Shown here piece by piece: positions 48,241 through 58,901 of a stretch of 64,000 nucleotides of DNA. The notes under the pieces are model-generated. The model searched no databases, was not told the DNA's origin, and saw nothing but the letters and a program-made list of their open reading frames with translations. Source of the DNA: a bacterium (lineage in GTDB: Bacteria > Patescibacteriota > Minisyncoccia > Phycocordibacterales > DATDWN01). The first letter of the stretch is position 1. Each line of letters starts with the position of its first letter. Location of the stretch: contig JBAXLH010000001.1 of assembly GCA_037134875.1 (NCBI GenBank), forward strand, positions 106,646 to 170,645, read 5' to 3'. The translations under genes were made by a program, and so were the position numbers.

Positions 48241-50001
48241 TTATTGAGACACAACTTCCCTGCTTTGACTTCTGGAAATAAATGCCGTACTGATAAACAA
48301 AACTCCGAGGACAATAAACGTCACGATGCGTAAAGTAAGTTCCATATTCCAAACATCCACAAAGACGAGACGAGCAACAACAGCGATGAGAAGTGCCATT
48401 CCATAATTTTTCAAAACCAAGTGGCGGTTGAAAAGACCGACGAAATGTGTAATCAAGCCTATGATTGTATACACAAAGAGAGAGATAAATACTGCCATGT
48501 CTTTCTGAGTTAGAAGGGCGTGGGATGAAAGCCAAACGAGCGCGTACAAATAGACTGTGGAACAAATAAACATAAAGTGGCCCATTTTGAGCTCGGATTT
48601 TGACACCTCGCCGTTTGCTCTAAAGAATACACCAAGCACGGCCAACAATATTGTCATAATAAAGAGTACAACAAAATCTGAATGCATTATTCCGGTATCC
48701 CATTTTGACGAGAATAAACTCGAGAGCGACAACAGAAATGGAACAATCATAAGCGCGGAGAAATTTTCTGCTATTTTTATTTTTCTCGTTACAACAAATG
48801 ATGACAAACAAATAATAACTGCTTCAAATTCAGATGCGATGACCATTGTCTGACCACTAAATTCAATTGAGGTCGCAACGGCCAAAAACAGGGTTGAAGC
48901 TAGTGTGTGAATATAAAACATCTGATCATTTTGAGTGGTCTTGTAAACAAAATATCCCGAAATCGCATAGAACAATGTCCAACCAATCAAGAAAATACTT
49001 TGATAATCTTTTGTTACAATACTTGTTGTGAATCCCAAGATAATTATTGTATTTACAATAGTCAAATATACATCTCCACTGTTTATGGCAATTTTATTTT
49101 TTATCAAACCAAACATATTCACACCTAAATACAAAAGTGACATTATGTAGGAAATTAACAGAATAGTATATTTTGTTGTTTCTATATTTGCCACTCCTCC
49201 CCAAAACACCTGCAAGCTGTACAATAACACTCCGGTAATACCCATAACCGTCGGTGATTTCCATTTTTTGAGAACAGAAATCCAAATAGTACCGATTGAA
49301 ACAACAAGAAGATATGTATACAGAAGTACAGGATCCATCGAATCGGTGTGAGAAAAATATGGTGCACAAAGAGACAGAATGAGGGCATAAGCGACCAAGT
49401 CTTCATATGATTTATACAGAGCGGTAATACTTACATATACCGACACAATAAATGCTATCGCGAGAACAATAATTGGTGAGAAAAAATTATAGAAGTATTG
49501 ACCAGCGAGGACACTAATAACAACAAGTGCCGAACCTAAAATGGTGAAAGCAACTCCTTGTACTTTATTTTTTCCAAGTCTAAATGATCCAAATATTGTA
49601 AGAAGTACCCCCAATGCAACACCTAGAGAAATTCTGCCTTCTGGACCAATCCAGTTGTGCATAAACGCATAACTAGCAAACCAGCCGAAACCAGCAAGAA
49701 TCATGAGAATTCCAATTTTTATAATGATATTTTCTTTAAACCAATTTTCCAACTGATTTTCCGCTCGTACTTCCTTTTTTATTTCATCAACTTGGGAAAC
49801 GGAAATTTTTACGACATTTGAAGGTTGTGAAAGTGGTACAGACTGTACTGTGTTTTGGGTTGAATTTGAAACATTACCTGCCGACAGATTTGCTTTGATA
49901 ATTTGTATTTCAGCCTGCAGTTTTTTTATAGAATCATCTAAATGAGCAAGCCGTGTAAAAACGACAACTAATAAAATTAAAGCCAATATAAAATAAATCA
50001 T
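48241..50001 (-). CDS. hypothetical large polytopic membrane protein (DUF2339-like)
   Basis: 586 aa with more than 15 predicted TM helices after an N-terminal coiled segment. Confidence 0.45.
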   Translation of the reverse strand: MIYFILALILLVVVFTRLAHLDDSIKKLQAEIQIIKANLSAGNVSNSTQNTVQSVPLSQPSNVVKISVSQVDEIKKEVRAENQLENWFKENIIIKIGILMILAGFGWFASYAFMHNWIGPEGRISLGVALGVLLTIFGSFRLGKNKVQGVAFTILGSALVVISVLAGQYFYNFFSPIIVLAIAFIVSVYVSITALYKSYEDLVAYALILSLCAPYFSHTDSMDPVLLYTYLLVVSIGTIWISVLKKWKSPTVMGITGVLLYSLQVFWGGVANIETTKYTILLISYIMSLLYLGVNMFGLIKNKIAINSGDVYLTIVNTIIILGFTTSIVTKDYQSIFLIGWTLFYAISGYFVYKTTQNDQMFYIHTLASTLFLAVATSIEFSGQTMVIASEFEAVIICLSSFVVTRKIKIAENFSALMIVPFLLSLSSLFSSKWDTGIMHSDFVVLFIMTILLAVLGVFFRANGEVSKSELKMGHFMFICSTVYLYALVWLSSHALLTQKDMAVFISLFVYTIIGLITHFVGLFNRHLVLKNYGMALLIAVVARLVFVDVWNMELTLRIVTFIVLGVLFISTAFISRSQSREVVSQ

Positions 50002-50128
50002 AAAAATGCTTATAAATAATATGTTTAAATTATATCAAAATATTGTTTAATTTGATTCTTATTATCCACACAAGTTTTTCATAACAAAAAAGACCAAGGG
50101 CTTTCCTTGGTCTTTTTTTATTTAAATG

Positions 50129-50572
50129 TTACTCTGCCTCAACGACGACTGTAAATTCTGCTTTTTTGCCGAGAGCCTCGACTTTGATTTTATGCTCGCC
50201 CACCTCTTTGAGCGGTTTATCGAGCTTGATGAAATCTACATCAAGATTGACACGTGCTGACTTTGTTACTTCGTCAGCGAGCATTTCTTTTGTAATACCA
50301 GCAAAGAGATGACCTTTTTCGTTGGCTTTGCCTTTCAGAGTTACTTTGATACTCTTTATCATCTCAATATTTTTTGCCAAAAGTTCTTCCTGAATTTTTT
50401 CCTCCGCTCGCGCTTTTTCTTTTTCGGCGTTTATTTTTGCAATCGCCGGAGCTGTTGCAACGACTGCCAAACCGCGTGGAATAAGAAGGTTTAGCGCGTG
50501 ACCCTCTGCCACATCTTTGACATCAAACCGTTTACCCAACTTTGGAACATCTTTAAGTAATATTATTTTCAT
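50129..50572 (-). CDS. rplI: 50S ribosomal protein L9
   Basis: MKIILLKDVPKLGKRFDVKDVAEGHALNLLIPRGLA. Confidence 0.85.
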   Translation of the reverse strand: MKIILLKDVPKLGKRFDVKDVAEGHALNLLIPRGLAVVATAPAIAKINAEKEKARAEEKIQEELLAKNIEMIKSIKVTLKGKANEKGHLFAGITKEMLADEVTKSARVNLDVDFIKLDKPLKEVGEHKIKVEALGKKAEFTVVVEAE

Positions 50573-50621
50573 ATGACCCCTATACTACCACAAAAAACTA
50601 GTCAAAGTCGAGTAAACTTTT

Positions 50622-50801
50622 CCAAGACACGCATATTCGCTTGCTAGCGAATTGCTATGCTCGGAAATCAAGAAAACAATCGTCCTCACTCCAGAGCCTT
50701 CTCGCAAACTCGCTTTGCTCGCCCCTTCTTGCAGAGGGGTTGAGTGCTTCAGGCTTCTTTCCGTTCGTCGTTGTTTTCTAATTTCCTGTGCAATGTCTTG
50801 G
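50622..50801. repeat. ~180-nt structured intergenic element, copy 2
   Basis: See copy 1. Lies between ctpA stop and rplI start. Confidence 0.55.
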
Positions 50802-50820
50802 GAAAGATTCCCTCGACTTT

Positions 50821-52056
50821 TTAGTCCTTGAGTAGTTCCAGCGCTTTATTCATCTGTGTGTCGTTGCCTTTTGCAAACTCTTTGTCATCTAGCTTTACAA
50901 CAACATCAGGAGTGAGTCCACCGTGAGAAATAGAGATGCCGTTTGGTGTCAGCCATTTTGCAATCGTGACCTTGAGTGATGTGTCGGGTGTAATATTGAC
51001 GAGCTCTTGCACAGAGCCTTTGCCGAATGACTGTGTACCGACGAGTGTACCAACGCCGTTTTCATGGAGTGCACCGGCAAGAATTTCTGATGCGCTCGCA
51101 GAACCACCGTCAATGAGTACAACGAGTTTCAATTTGTCATTAAATATATTGTATCCTTTGCTTCTATACACCTGTGCGTCCTGCGCGTTTCTGAAATCTT
51201 CTTTGACAACGACTTTGCCGGCTGGGAGAAACCATGACGCCATATCAATAGCGGCATCCAAGTATCCACCAGGGTTGCCTCGCAAATCCAAAACCATTTT
51301 GTATTTTCCAGATTCGATAAATTTTCTGAGTGCATCTCTGAAAAGATTTGGGGAGATTGCGGAGAAGTTGTAGAGACGAATGACAAACACGTCCCCTTTT
51401 ATTTCTGTATCAATTGTAGGAATATCGATCACATCCCGCACAACCTTGACTTCAAATGGATCTTTGACACCTTCTCGTGCAAGCAAAAGAGTGACCTCGG
51501 TTCCCTTTTTGCCACGAATCATTTTTATGGCTTCGTCGGTACTCAGTCCATTTGTGATAGTGCTGTTTATTTTGAGAATCTTGTCTCCTGTTTTTATACC
51601 CGCTCTGTATGCCGGTGTCCCTTTGAGTGGAGCAACGACAGTCAATATACTGTCTCGGATACCAATCTCCATACCGACACCTTCAAAGTTACCTGCTATT
51701 TCATCGGCAAAACTTTTTGCCTGCACTGGTGGAAAAAATGTTGTATATGGATCACCGAGTGATTTTGTCATTCCTTCTATCGCTCCCCATACACGATCCT
51801 GATTTGAAACTTTTTCTGTTGATGTACTGTTTGTTGAAACATATTTCTCGTCGAGCACCTGCCATGCTTTCCAGAAAGGAGCAAAATCTGCCTTTACACT
51901 TCCATTCATATTTGAAACTTCGTCAGAAAGTCTGTTTGAATCCGACACGGTTTTTCCAGAATAAAATCCAATAGTAAAAACAACGATAACAACGAGTATG
52001 CCTACAACAACATACTTTGATCTGAGCTGAGTAAGAAAGTTTTTCATTACACACAA
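50821..52056 (-). CDS. carboxyl-terminal processing protease (S41) with PDZ domain
   Basis: PDZ (GDKILKINS) and S41 catalytic region (VLIDGGSASASEILAGAL). N-terminal TM helix. Confidence 0.85.
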   Translation of the reverse strand: MCVMKNFLTQLRSKYVVVGILVVIVVFTIGFYSGKTVSDSNRLSDEVSNMNGSVKADFAPFWKAWQVLDEKYVSTNSTSTEKVSNQDRVWGAIEGMTKSLGDPYTTFFPPVQAKSFADEIAGNFEGVGMEIGIRDSILTVVAPLKGTPAYRAGIKTGDKILKINSTITNGLSTDEAIKMIRGKKGTEVTLLLAREGVKDPFEVKVVRDVIDIPTIDTEIKGDVFVIRLYNFSAISPNLFRDALRKFIESGKYKMVLDLRGNPGGYLDAAIDMASWFLPAGKVVVKEDFRNAQDAQVYRSKGYNIFNDKLKLVVLIDGGSASASEILAGALHENGVGTLVGTQSFGKGSVQELVNITPDTSLKVTIAKWLTPNGISISHGGLTPDVVVKLDDKEFAKGNDTQMNKALELLKD

Positions 52057-52109
52057 TTATCGCAAATAAATATATTGTGGTCAAACCAAAATAACTATAT
52101 AATAAATGT

Positions 52110-53030
52110 ATGATTACAAAACGCACGTACAAAAATGAAACGTGGGTTGATATAGATCACGGCACACCAGAAGAAATTCTCTCTATTATGGACACGTACG
52201 CCATACATCCTATGGTGGCGAGAGACCTCACATCAGCGACTCCAAAATCACGCATAGAATTTCACAACGGATACATATATTGTATTCTGCATTTTCCTGT
52301 GTACAAACATTCACACTCCGACACCGAACAAAAAGAACAGGAGGTTGATTTTGTGATTGGCAAAAATGTATTGGTGACCGCCCGCTATGACACCATAGAC
52401 GCACTGGACAAATTTGGCAAAATCATTGAGGTCAAAGAGATTTTGGAAAAGAAAAATTCTACTGAGTCTGAAATGGCAATGTTTACTGGTATGATTCGCG
52501 AGTTATATGGATCAATTTTTGAAGAGTTGGAATATATCGAGGACGTTACCGATGGTATTACCGCAAAAATTTTCAAAGGCAAAGAAAAAGAAATGGTTGT
52601 GTCAATTTCCGAAATGATGCGAGTACTCATCGACTTCAAAAAGACAACCGACTTCCACAAAGAAATACTCGAGATGATTTATCATCGTGGTGGCGAAATG
52701 TTTGGGGATAGTTTCGCAAAAGATATGCGACTCATTATTTTGGACTACTTGAAAATCAACACGACAATACACAACAACCTCGAAACACTCCGCGAGCTCC
52801 GTGACACAAACAACTCCCTCCTCACCAGCAAACAAAATGAGACAGTCAAACAACTCACGGTTTTAAACGCTATCGTTTTGCCACTCGACCTGATCGCCTT
52901 TATTTTTGCTATGCGCACCAACGGAATGCCTCTCATCGACAATCCCAACGCGTTTTGGATTGTCATCACACTAATGTGTACAATAACACTCATTACACTC
53001 ACCTTTATAAAACACAAAAAATGGCTATAA
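52110..53030 (+). CDS. CorA-family (MIT) divalent cation transporter-like protein with diverged GMN motif
   Basis: CorA-like N-domain and two C-terminal TM helices. The YGMNF position reads RTNGMP. Confidence 0.5.
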   Translation: MITKRTYKNETWVDIDHGTPEEILSIMDTYAIHPMVARDLTSATPKSRIEFHNGYIYCILHFPVYKHSHSDTEQKEQEVDFVIGKNVLVTARYDTIDALDKFGKIIEVKEILEKKNSTESEMAMFTGMIRELYGSIFEELEYIEDVTDGITAKIFKGKEKEMVVSISEMMRVLIDFKKTTDFHKEILEMIYHRGGEMFGDSFAKDMRLIILDYLKINTTIHNNLETLRELRDTNNSLLTSKQNETVKQLTVLNAIVLPLDLIAFIFAMRTNGMPLIDNPNAFWIVITLMCTITLITLTFIKHKKWL

Positions 53031-53082
53031 TTGCCAGGACGTGATTTCGACAAAATCTTGTTATTTGTGGTTTAATAGAGTT

Positions 53083-54474
53083 ATGGACATACATTTACAC
53101 AACACGCTCTCGGGCAAGAAAGAAGTTTTTAAGCCTATCACGGAGGGCTCAGTTTCAATGTACAATTGTGGACCGACAGTCTACAACTATGCACATATCG
53201 GAAATCTCCGAAGCTACGTTTTTGCTGACACACTCAGACGAATGTTCGAATGGAACGGATACGAAGTCAAACAAGTTATAAACATTACAGATGTCGGACA
53301 TTTGACTTTTGACGGTGCAGGAAATGAAGACAAAATGGAAAAAGGAGCAGAGCGCGAAGGCAAGACGGCAAAAGAAATAAGTATTCAATATACAAAATCT
53401 TTTTTTGATGATTTGGATGCACTCAATATTTCTCGCGATCATATACAATTTCCTCGAGCCACAGAGTACATTGCTGAACAAATAGAAATGGTTCAAACTT
53501 TGGAAAAAAATGGGTACACCTACAAAACAAGTGATGGAATATATTTTGATACCAGCAAGTTTCCAGAATATGGAAAATTGGGAAATATAGATTTGAAAGG
53601 TTTGGAAGAGGGTGCTCGTGTCATGATAAACACAGAAAAGAAAAATCCAACCGATTTTGTTCTTTGGAAATTTAGCCCAACAGATCACAAACGAGAAATG
53701 GAATGGGAATCTCCGTGGGGTGTCGGTTTTCCCGGCTGGCATATTGAGTGTTCGGCAATGTCAAAAAGTCTCCTCGGAGCAACCTTTGATATTCACACCG
53801 GTGGCATCGACCACATACCAGTCCACCACAACAACGAAATCGCCCAGTCGGTCTGCGCCAATCACACTCCATTTGTTCATTACTGGATGCATAACGCCTT
53901 TTTAACAATCAACAGTGGGAAAATGTCAAAATCAGATGATAACTTTATCAGACTCCAGACTCTCGTAGAAAAAAATATAGATCCTCTCGCTTATCGCTAC
54001 TTACTTTTGACTGCACGATATTCATCACCACTCCAATTTAGCTTCGAAGCACTCGAGGGCGCACAGAATGCACTGCGAAAACTGAAAGCAAAAATAAACG
54101 AAACAAATGAATCAGAGAAAACAGAGAATGAAACTGTTCTCATTGAAAATAAAAATACATTTACTGAATATATAAATGATGATTTGGACACACCAAAAGC
54201 TCTGGCTCTTGTGTGGGAAATTTTGAAAGATGATAGACTGTCCAGTGCTGACAAACGAAAACAAATTCTTGATTTTGACAAAGTCCTCGGACTCAACCTC
54301 GATTCAAATGAAGATGTTGAGATACCTGAAAATGTCCGCGAGCTCATTTCAGAACGCGACAAAGCTCGAGAAAACAAAGACTTTGCCACAAGTGACGCTC
54401 TCCGTAAAGAAATAGAGTCTTTTGGTTTTGAAGTAAAAGACACTCCCGAAGGCACAAAAATAGCACGAAAATAG
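53083..54474 (+). CDS. cysS: cysteinyl-tRNA synthetase
   Basis: HIGH (AHIGN), zinc-site CGPT, KMSKS (GKMSKS). Confidence 0.9.
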   Translation: MDIHLHNTLSGKKEVFKPITEGSVSMYNCGPTVYNYAHIGNLRSYVFADTLRRMFEWNGYEVKQVINITDVGHLTFDGAGNEDKMEKGAEREGKTAKEISIQYTKSFFDDLDALNISRDHIQFPRATEYIAEQIEMVQTLEKNGYTYKTSDGIYFDTSKFPEYGKLGNIDLKGLEEGARVMINTEKKNPTDFVLWKFSPTDHKREMEWESPWGVGFPGWHIECSAMSKSLLGATFDIHTGGIDHIPVHHNNEIAQSVCANHTPFVHYWMHNAFLTINSGKMSKSDDNFIRLQTLVEKNIDPLAYRYLLLTARYSSPLQFSFEALEGAQNALRKLKAKINETNESEKTENETVLIENKNTFTEYINDDLDTPKALALVWEILKDDRLSSADKRKQILDFDKVLGLNLDSNEDVEIPENVRELISERDKARENKDFATSDALRKEIESFGFEVKDTPEGTKIARK

Positions 54475-54551
54475 CCTGTCCACACATTTCCCACAGTTTA
54501 TGAACCTTTGACTAGTAGCGGTCGAAAACCTGTGCGTGGTAGAATGTCTCT

Positions 54552-55943
54552 ATGACTCAAACTATCATCACACAGACAGTCAAAAATCGACTGCGAATAC
54601 CTCCGCAAAACCTGGATGCCGAAATGGCACTTCTCGGATCTATTATGCTCCGTCCAGAAGCAATGTACGAAATCATTGATATTATTTCTGTTGATTCTTT
54701 TTATTCCGAAAAACATCGCATTGTGTTTGAAACGATGATGGATCTATTTACAAAGAGACAGCCGATCGATATGCTCTCTGTTTCTGCAAAACTCAAAGAG
54801 AAAAACTGGCTCGATCAAATCGGCGGAAACACATATCTCACAGAAATCGTAAATGTCGTTCCCTCTTCGTCAAACATCGTCTACTACGCGCAAATCGTCC
54901 AGAAAAAATATATGATGCGACGACTCATCGAGGCGTCTGACTTCATTTCACAAATCGGCTATGATGAAAATAAAGAACTCGAAGAAATTCTAGACGGTGC
55001 AGAGAAAAAACTTTTTGAAGTCACAAATTTCAACACATCACACAAATTTGTTCATCTCAAAGACGAGCTCGCCGAAGCGTGGGAGCGACTCGACAGATTG
55101 CACACCGAAGGCAAAAGTATGCGAGGAATCCCGACTGGCTTTGCTGAGATCGACAACAAACTTTCTGGTTTGCAAAAATCAGATCTGATTATTCTCGCAG
55201 CGCGACCATCAATGGGAAAAACTTCGCTGGCACTCGACATTGCTAGGCAGACAGCGGTCAATCACAACACACCAGTCGGAATATTTTCTCTGGAAATGAG
55301 TAGTCAGCAACTCGTGGACAGAATGATGGCAGCTCAAGCAAATGTGGACGCATGGAAACTCCGCACCGGTACACTCTCACGACAAGATGATTTTGATGCG
55401 CTCCGCGAATCTCTGGACAAACTCAACAAAGCACCGATATTTATTGATGACCAACCAGGAAATAACATTCTCAAAATGCGTTCCGTCGCACGCCGTCTCA
55501 AGAGTGAGCATGGCCTCGGACTTCTCGTTGTCGACTACCTCCAGCTCATGGTACCGACACAGACCAAAAATGATAACGTCGTTCAGCAAGTCACAGAAAT
55601 TTCACGATCTCTCAAAAACCTCGCCCGCGAGCTCGACGTACCAGTTCTCGCTCTCTCTCAGCTCTCCCGAGCAGTGGAACAACGTGGTGGTCGCCCTCGT
55701 CTCTCTGACCTTCGAGACTCTGGATCTATCGAGCAAGACGCCGACGTGGTAATGTTCATTCACCGCGAGGACAAATACAAAGACGAAGCCGAAAAAAACA
55801 ACATTGCCGAAATACTCATCGAGAAACATCGAAACGGAGAAACTGGCAAAGTGGATCTGTTCTTCAACGACAAAAAGGCCACGTTTCAGAGTATTGATAA
55901 GGCGGAGTACAAAGGCGCAGAAAAGGAGTTTGCGGAGTTCTAG
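54552..55943 (+). CDS. dnaB: replicative DNA helicase DnaB
   Basis: N-terminal DnaB domain, Walker A ARPSMGKTS, RecA-like fold motifs. Confidence 0.9.
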   Translation: MTQTIITQTVKNRLRIPPQNLDAEMALLGSIMLRPEAMYEIIDIISVDSFYSEKHRIVFETMMDLFTKRQPIDMLSVSAKLKEKNWLDQIGGNTYLTEIVNVVPSSSNIVYYAQIVQKKYMMRRLIEASDFISQIGYDENKELEEILDGAEKKLFEVTNFNTSHKFVHLKDELAEAWERLDRLHTEGKSMRGIPTGFAEIDNKLSGLQKSDLIILAARPSMGKTSLALDIARQTAVNHNTPVGIFSLEMSSQQLVDRMMAAQANVDAWKLRTGTLSRQDDFDALRESLDKLNKAPIFIDDQPGNNILKMRSVARRLKSEHGLGLLVVDYLQLMVPTQTKNDNVVQQVTEISRSLKNLARELDVPVLALSQLSRAVEQRGGRPRLSDLRDSGSIEQDADVVMFIHREDKYKDEAEKNNIAEILIEKHRNGETGKVDLFFNDKKATFQSIDKAEYKGAEKEFAEF

Positions 55944-55990
55944 TTTCTGGCTCGTTGTACTATTTTTGGAGACTCAGAAAAATACAAAAA

Positions 55991-56608
55991 ATGAATAATA
56001 CAGAAAAACTTATAGAATTATTCAAAGAATTTCCTGGGATTGGACCGCGACAAGCCAAGCGGTTTGTTTATTTTTTGCTTACCAGAAACAACGGCTACTC
56101 TACCGAGCTCGCCAAACTCATCTCGGAAGTAAAATCGCATGTTGCGATCTGTGATTCGTGTTTTCGATTTTTCACAAAAAATGGTTCAAAGAGTGACACC
56201 TGCTCAGTTTGCCGAGATGAGAACCGCGACAAAACTTTCTTGATGATCGTCTCTCACGATATTGATTTTGAAAATATTGAGAAAACAAAATTTTTTAACG
56301 GATACTATTTTATTCTCGGTGGCACAGTACCAATCCTCGAAAAAAACCCAGAAAACAAAATCCGTCAAAAAGAATTACTGGAAATAGTCCAGAAAAAAAT
56401 AGATGGTGGTCTCAAAGAAATTATTATCGCCCTCAACTACAATCCTGAAGGCGAAAACACACTGACATATATACACAATCTACTTCGCCCAATTGGTCTC
56501 ACACATACGATAAAAATCTCAACACTCGGTCGTGGACTCTCCACAGGCACAGAGCTCGAATACTCTGACTCCGATACAATCAAAAACGCTCTCAAAAATC
56601 GTCAGTAA
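55991..56608 (+). CDS. recR: recombination protein RecR
   Basis: HhH (FPGIGPRQAKR), C4 zinc finger (CDSCFRF...CSVCRD), Toprim. Confidence 0.85.
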   Translation: MNNTEKLIELFKEFPGIGPRQAKRFVYFLLTRNNGYSTELAKLISEVKSHVAICDSCFRFFTKNGSKSDTCSVCRDENRDKTFLMIVSHDIDFENIEKTKFFNGYYFILGGTVPILEKNPENKIRQKELLEIVQKKIDGGLKEIIIALNYNPEGENTLTYIHNLLRPIGLTHTIKISTLGRGLSTGTELEYSDSDTIKNALKNRQ

Positions 56609-56634
56609 AATTTAGATAAAAAAACCTGCCACCC

Positions 56635-57192
56635 CTATGAGGTAGCAGTATTATCCGAAACGCGCGTCTGGTATCCGCCCAGAATGTGCGTATTAATTCT
56701 TGTAGCCAAACCGATCGGAAAGACCGGATCGTGCTTTTTGAGCACACAAGCAATAAATTTACATATAAACTTAAAATCTCCATCCTTGCCGAGCAACTCA
56801 TCTCTGAAAATCAGATGAGTCTCATGCTTCGGCTTCTTGTGACGTAGAGTAAGGTCCATCGTCACGACCGTCCCCCGATAATAAAAGAAACAATCAGCGC
56901 CGTGCAGATCTGCCGGCCTGTTGATTCCTAAAAAAACAACTACCAAATTGCGCTCCTCGGGAGCAAAGTGACTCCTCACTTCCCGAAGGACATATTTGAT
57001 ATGAGGCTGTGGGTCGTACGGAAACCCAAAGTCCTGTCTCTTCATTGACTCATACAGGGCACGAACAAACTCCATCGTGCCTCCCGGGTAGATAATGTGC
57101 CGTGAAGGCTCTCCCAGCATAAAGGTCTCAAAAGCCCGACCCTCCTGGGAGCAACCCCCGAAATCCCAACTGTGGTTTTGATTTCCGTTCAT
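56635..57192 (-). CDS. hypothetical protein
   Basis: ORF only. Start uncertain. Confidence 0.35.
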   Translation of the reverse strand: MNGNQNHSWDFGGCSQEGRAFETFMLGEPSRHIIYPGGTMEFVRALYESMKRQDFGFPYDPQPHIKYVLREVRSHFAPEERNLVVVFLGINRPADLHGADCFFYYRGTVVTMDLTLRHKKPKHETHLIFRDELLGKDGDFKFICKFIACVLKKHDPVFPIGLATRINTHILGGYQTRVSDNTATS

Positions 57193-57244
57193 AGGAAACC
57201 TCCAAAAATTACTCTACCACACAATAAAAATCTTGTAAAGTACC

Positions 57245-57874
57245 CTATTTTTTGTATTCCACAATCTTCCCTGCCTCGATTTCGATAGGATCTGCTTTGC
57301 GCAGATGTTTGATTTGCTGACTGTTTAGTATCGGATAATGCTTTACATCGTCCAAATGCGATGGAATTTCAAAAAGATTTTTGTCCGATGTTCTCCACTC
57401 CAGAGTATTGAAAAAATTGAGGTCAAACGGCTTTGTGTATTCGCGCAGAGTTTTCTGTCCGTTGCTATTCAAAAAATATTCGTGAAAATATGAAAGCACA
57501 AGCTCACGGATAGTTTTGTACACCGGCTCACGATATCTGAGCACGGCGTGATTTGTTTTTGATATCGCACCATAACAACCAAATTTTTTATACACCGCGA
57601 TAATGTGATCAAAATCAAATGGCTTTGTCGAGGATCGCAAATCCATCACAAGGGGTTTTTCTCCATGAAATTCGAGTACCGCTCCCGCAAACATCGCACC
57701 TTCCATACAATGTGCCTTGCCGACTTTGAGCACCTCTCGCGGAGACATACAGGTATCCCCTTTTTCTTCAAAATTGAATGGGAGTGAATTCAAAAAATCT
57801 TGAATCTTTGCTGGAGAATTTAATTTTTTGAATATTTTTATTTCCTCTTTCGTATACTCAATCCTTTTTTTCAT
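57245..57874 (-). CDS. transglutaminase-like cysteine peptidase-fold protein
   Basis: Candidate Cys (KAHCMEGAMF) and His (FDHIIAV) of a transglutaminase-like core. Confidence 0.45.
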   Translation of the reverse strand: MKKRIEYTKEEIKIFKKLNSPAKIQDFLNSLPFNFEEKGDTCMSPREVLKVGKAHCMEGAMFAGAVLEFHGEKPLVMDLRSSTKPFDFDHIIAVYKKFGCYGAISKTNHAVLRYREPVYKTIRELVLSYFHEYFLNSNGQKTLREYTKPFDLNFFNTLEWRTSDKNLFEIPSHLDDVKHYPILNSQQIKHLRKADPIEIEAGKIVEYKK

Positions 57875-58451
57875 ATTTATTTTGATATGCAGAATAAATT
57901 ATATACGACACAACAACTACAACAAGCAACGATCCAACAGTAGTAACAAGACCAGAAATATTATTCCAATAATCACCAATGAAATAGCCGATCACCACAA
58001 GCAATGTGATTTCAATAAAATTTCCAAGCAAGTCATAGATAATAAATTTTATTGGAGAAACCCCAACGTATCCTGAAATAAAATTAACCATTGGACCGAG
58101 TACCCCGACAAATCGAGAGATAAATATTGTAAACCCAGAATGTTTCTTGAAATACTCTTCCAGATTCAAAAAGAAAGAATACTTTTTTATATATCTTTCT
58201 CTGACTACGATATGTCCATATTTTCTGAATATAGCATAGTCGATAAGATCACCGAGAAAATTTGCAGAGAGTGCTACAAAGACAGCCATTTTGAAATCAA
58301 AAAATCCCTGACTGGAAAATGCACCCACAGCGATGAGAGTAATATCTATTGGCAGTGGCAAAATAACGGCTGCAGAAAAAACAACCAGAAACAAAGCTGT
58401 ATATTTGTAGAGAAGTAGGTATGAAAGAAGAAAAGATAGTATAGAACTCAT
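57858..58451 (-). CDS. DedA-family (VTT domain) membrane protein
   Basis: DedA signature region (FISRFVGVLGPMVNFISGYVGV). Confidence 0.7.
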   Translation of the reverse strand: MSSILSFLLSYLLLYKYTALFLVVFSAAVILPLPIDITLIAVGAFSSQGFFDFKMAVFVALSANFLGDLIDYAIFRKYGHIVVRERYIKKYSFFLNLEEYFKKHSGFTIFISRFVGVLGPMVNFISGYVGVSPIKFIIYDLLGNFIEITLLVVIGYFIGDYWNNISGLVTTVGSLLVVVVVSYIIYSAYQNKYEKKD

Positions 58452-58843
58452 TGATGTGATTTGATATAGTCGCCCACAGCATTCTGCAGAGTTGTCATAA
58501 AAATACCAACATCAAATTTTTGATTTTTTGCATATTTGGAAATAACAACTTTTGGATATTTTGGATCAATGATAGTGAGAGAATTTTTCAAATATTCCGG
58601 TGGCAAATTGAAAACCCTGTTTACATAATCAAACGTCATCCACTGCTGAATCACAGACACATCACCCGAAGTAAGAGATCGATTCTTTTTTATATTCGCG
58701 ATTAACTCTCTGTATGAATTTGCTACTTCCACTCTCCGAAGATGATCATACTCTTTGACGAGCCTATAAAAAAGAATTGCAAAGACGATGAGTAAAACAA
58801 CCAAAATCGTCTGGACGATATGGAGTGTGTTTTTTGATTTCAT
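58448..58843 (-). CDS. hypothetical single-pass membrane protein
   Basis: Start taken at MKSKNTLHIVQTILVVLLIVF. Confidence 0.35.
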   Translation of the reverse strand: MKSKNTLHIVQTILVVLLIVFAILFYRLVKEYDHLRRVEVANSYRELIANIKKNRSLTSGDVSVIQQWMTFDYVNRVFNLPPEYLKNSLTIIDPKYPKVVISKYAKNQKFDVGIFMTTLQNAVGDYIKSHQ

Positions 58844-58901
58844 ACCAAAATCATAGCATATTTTCCAAATGAAAAGAGACGCTCGAGACGTCCCATTGAA
58901 A

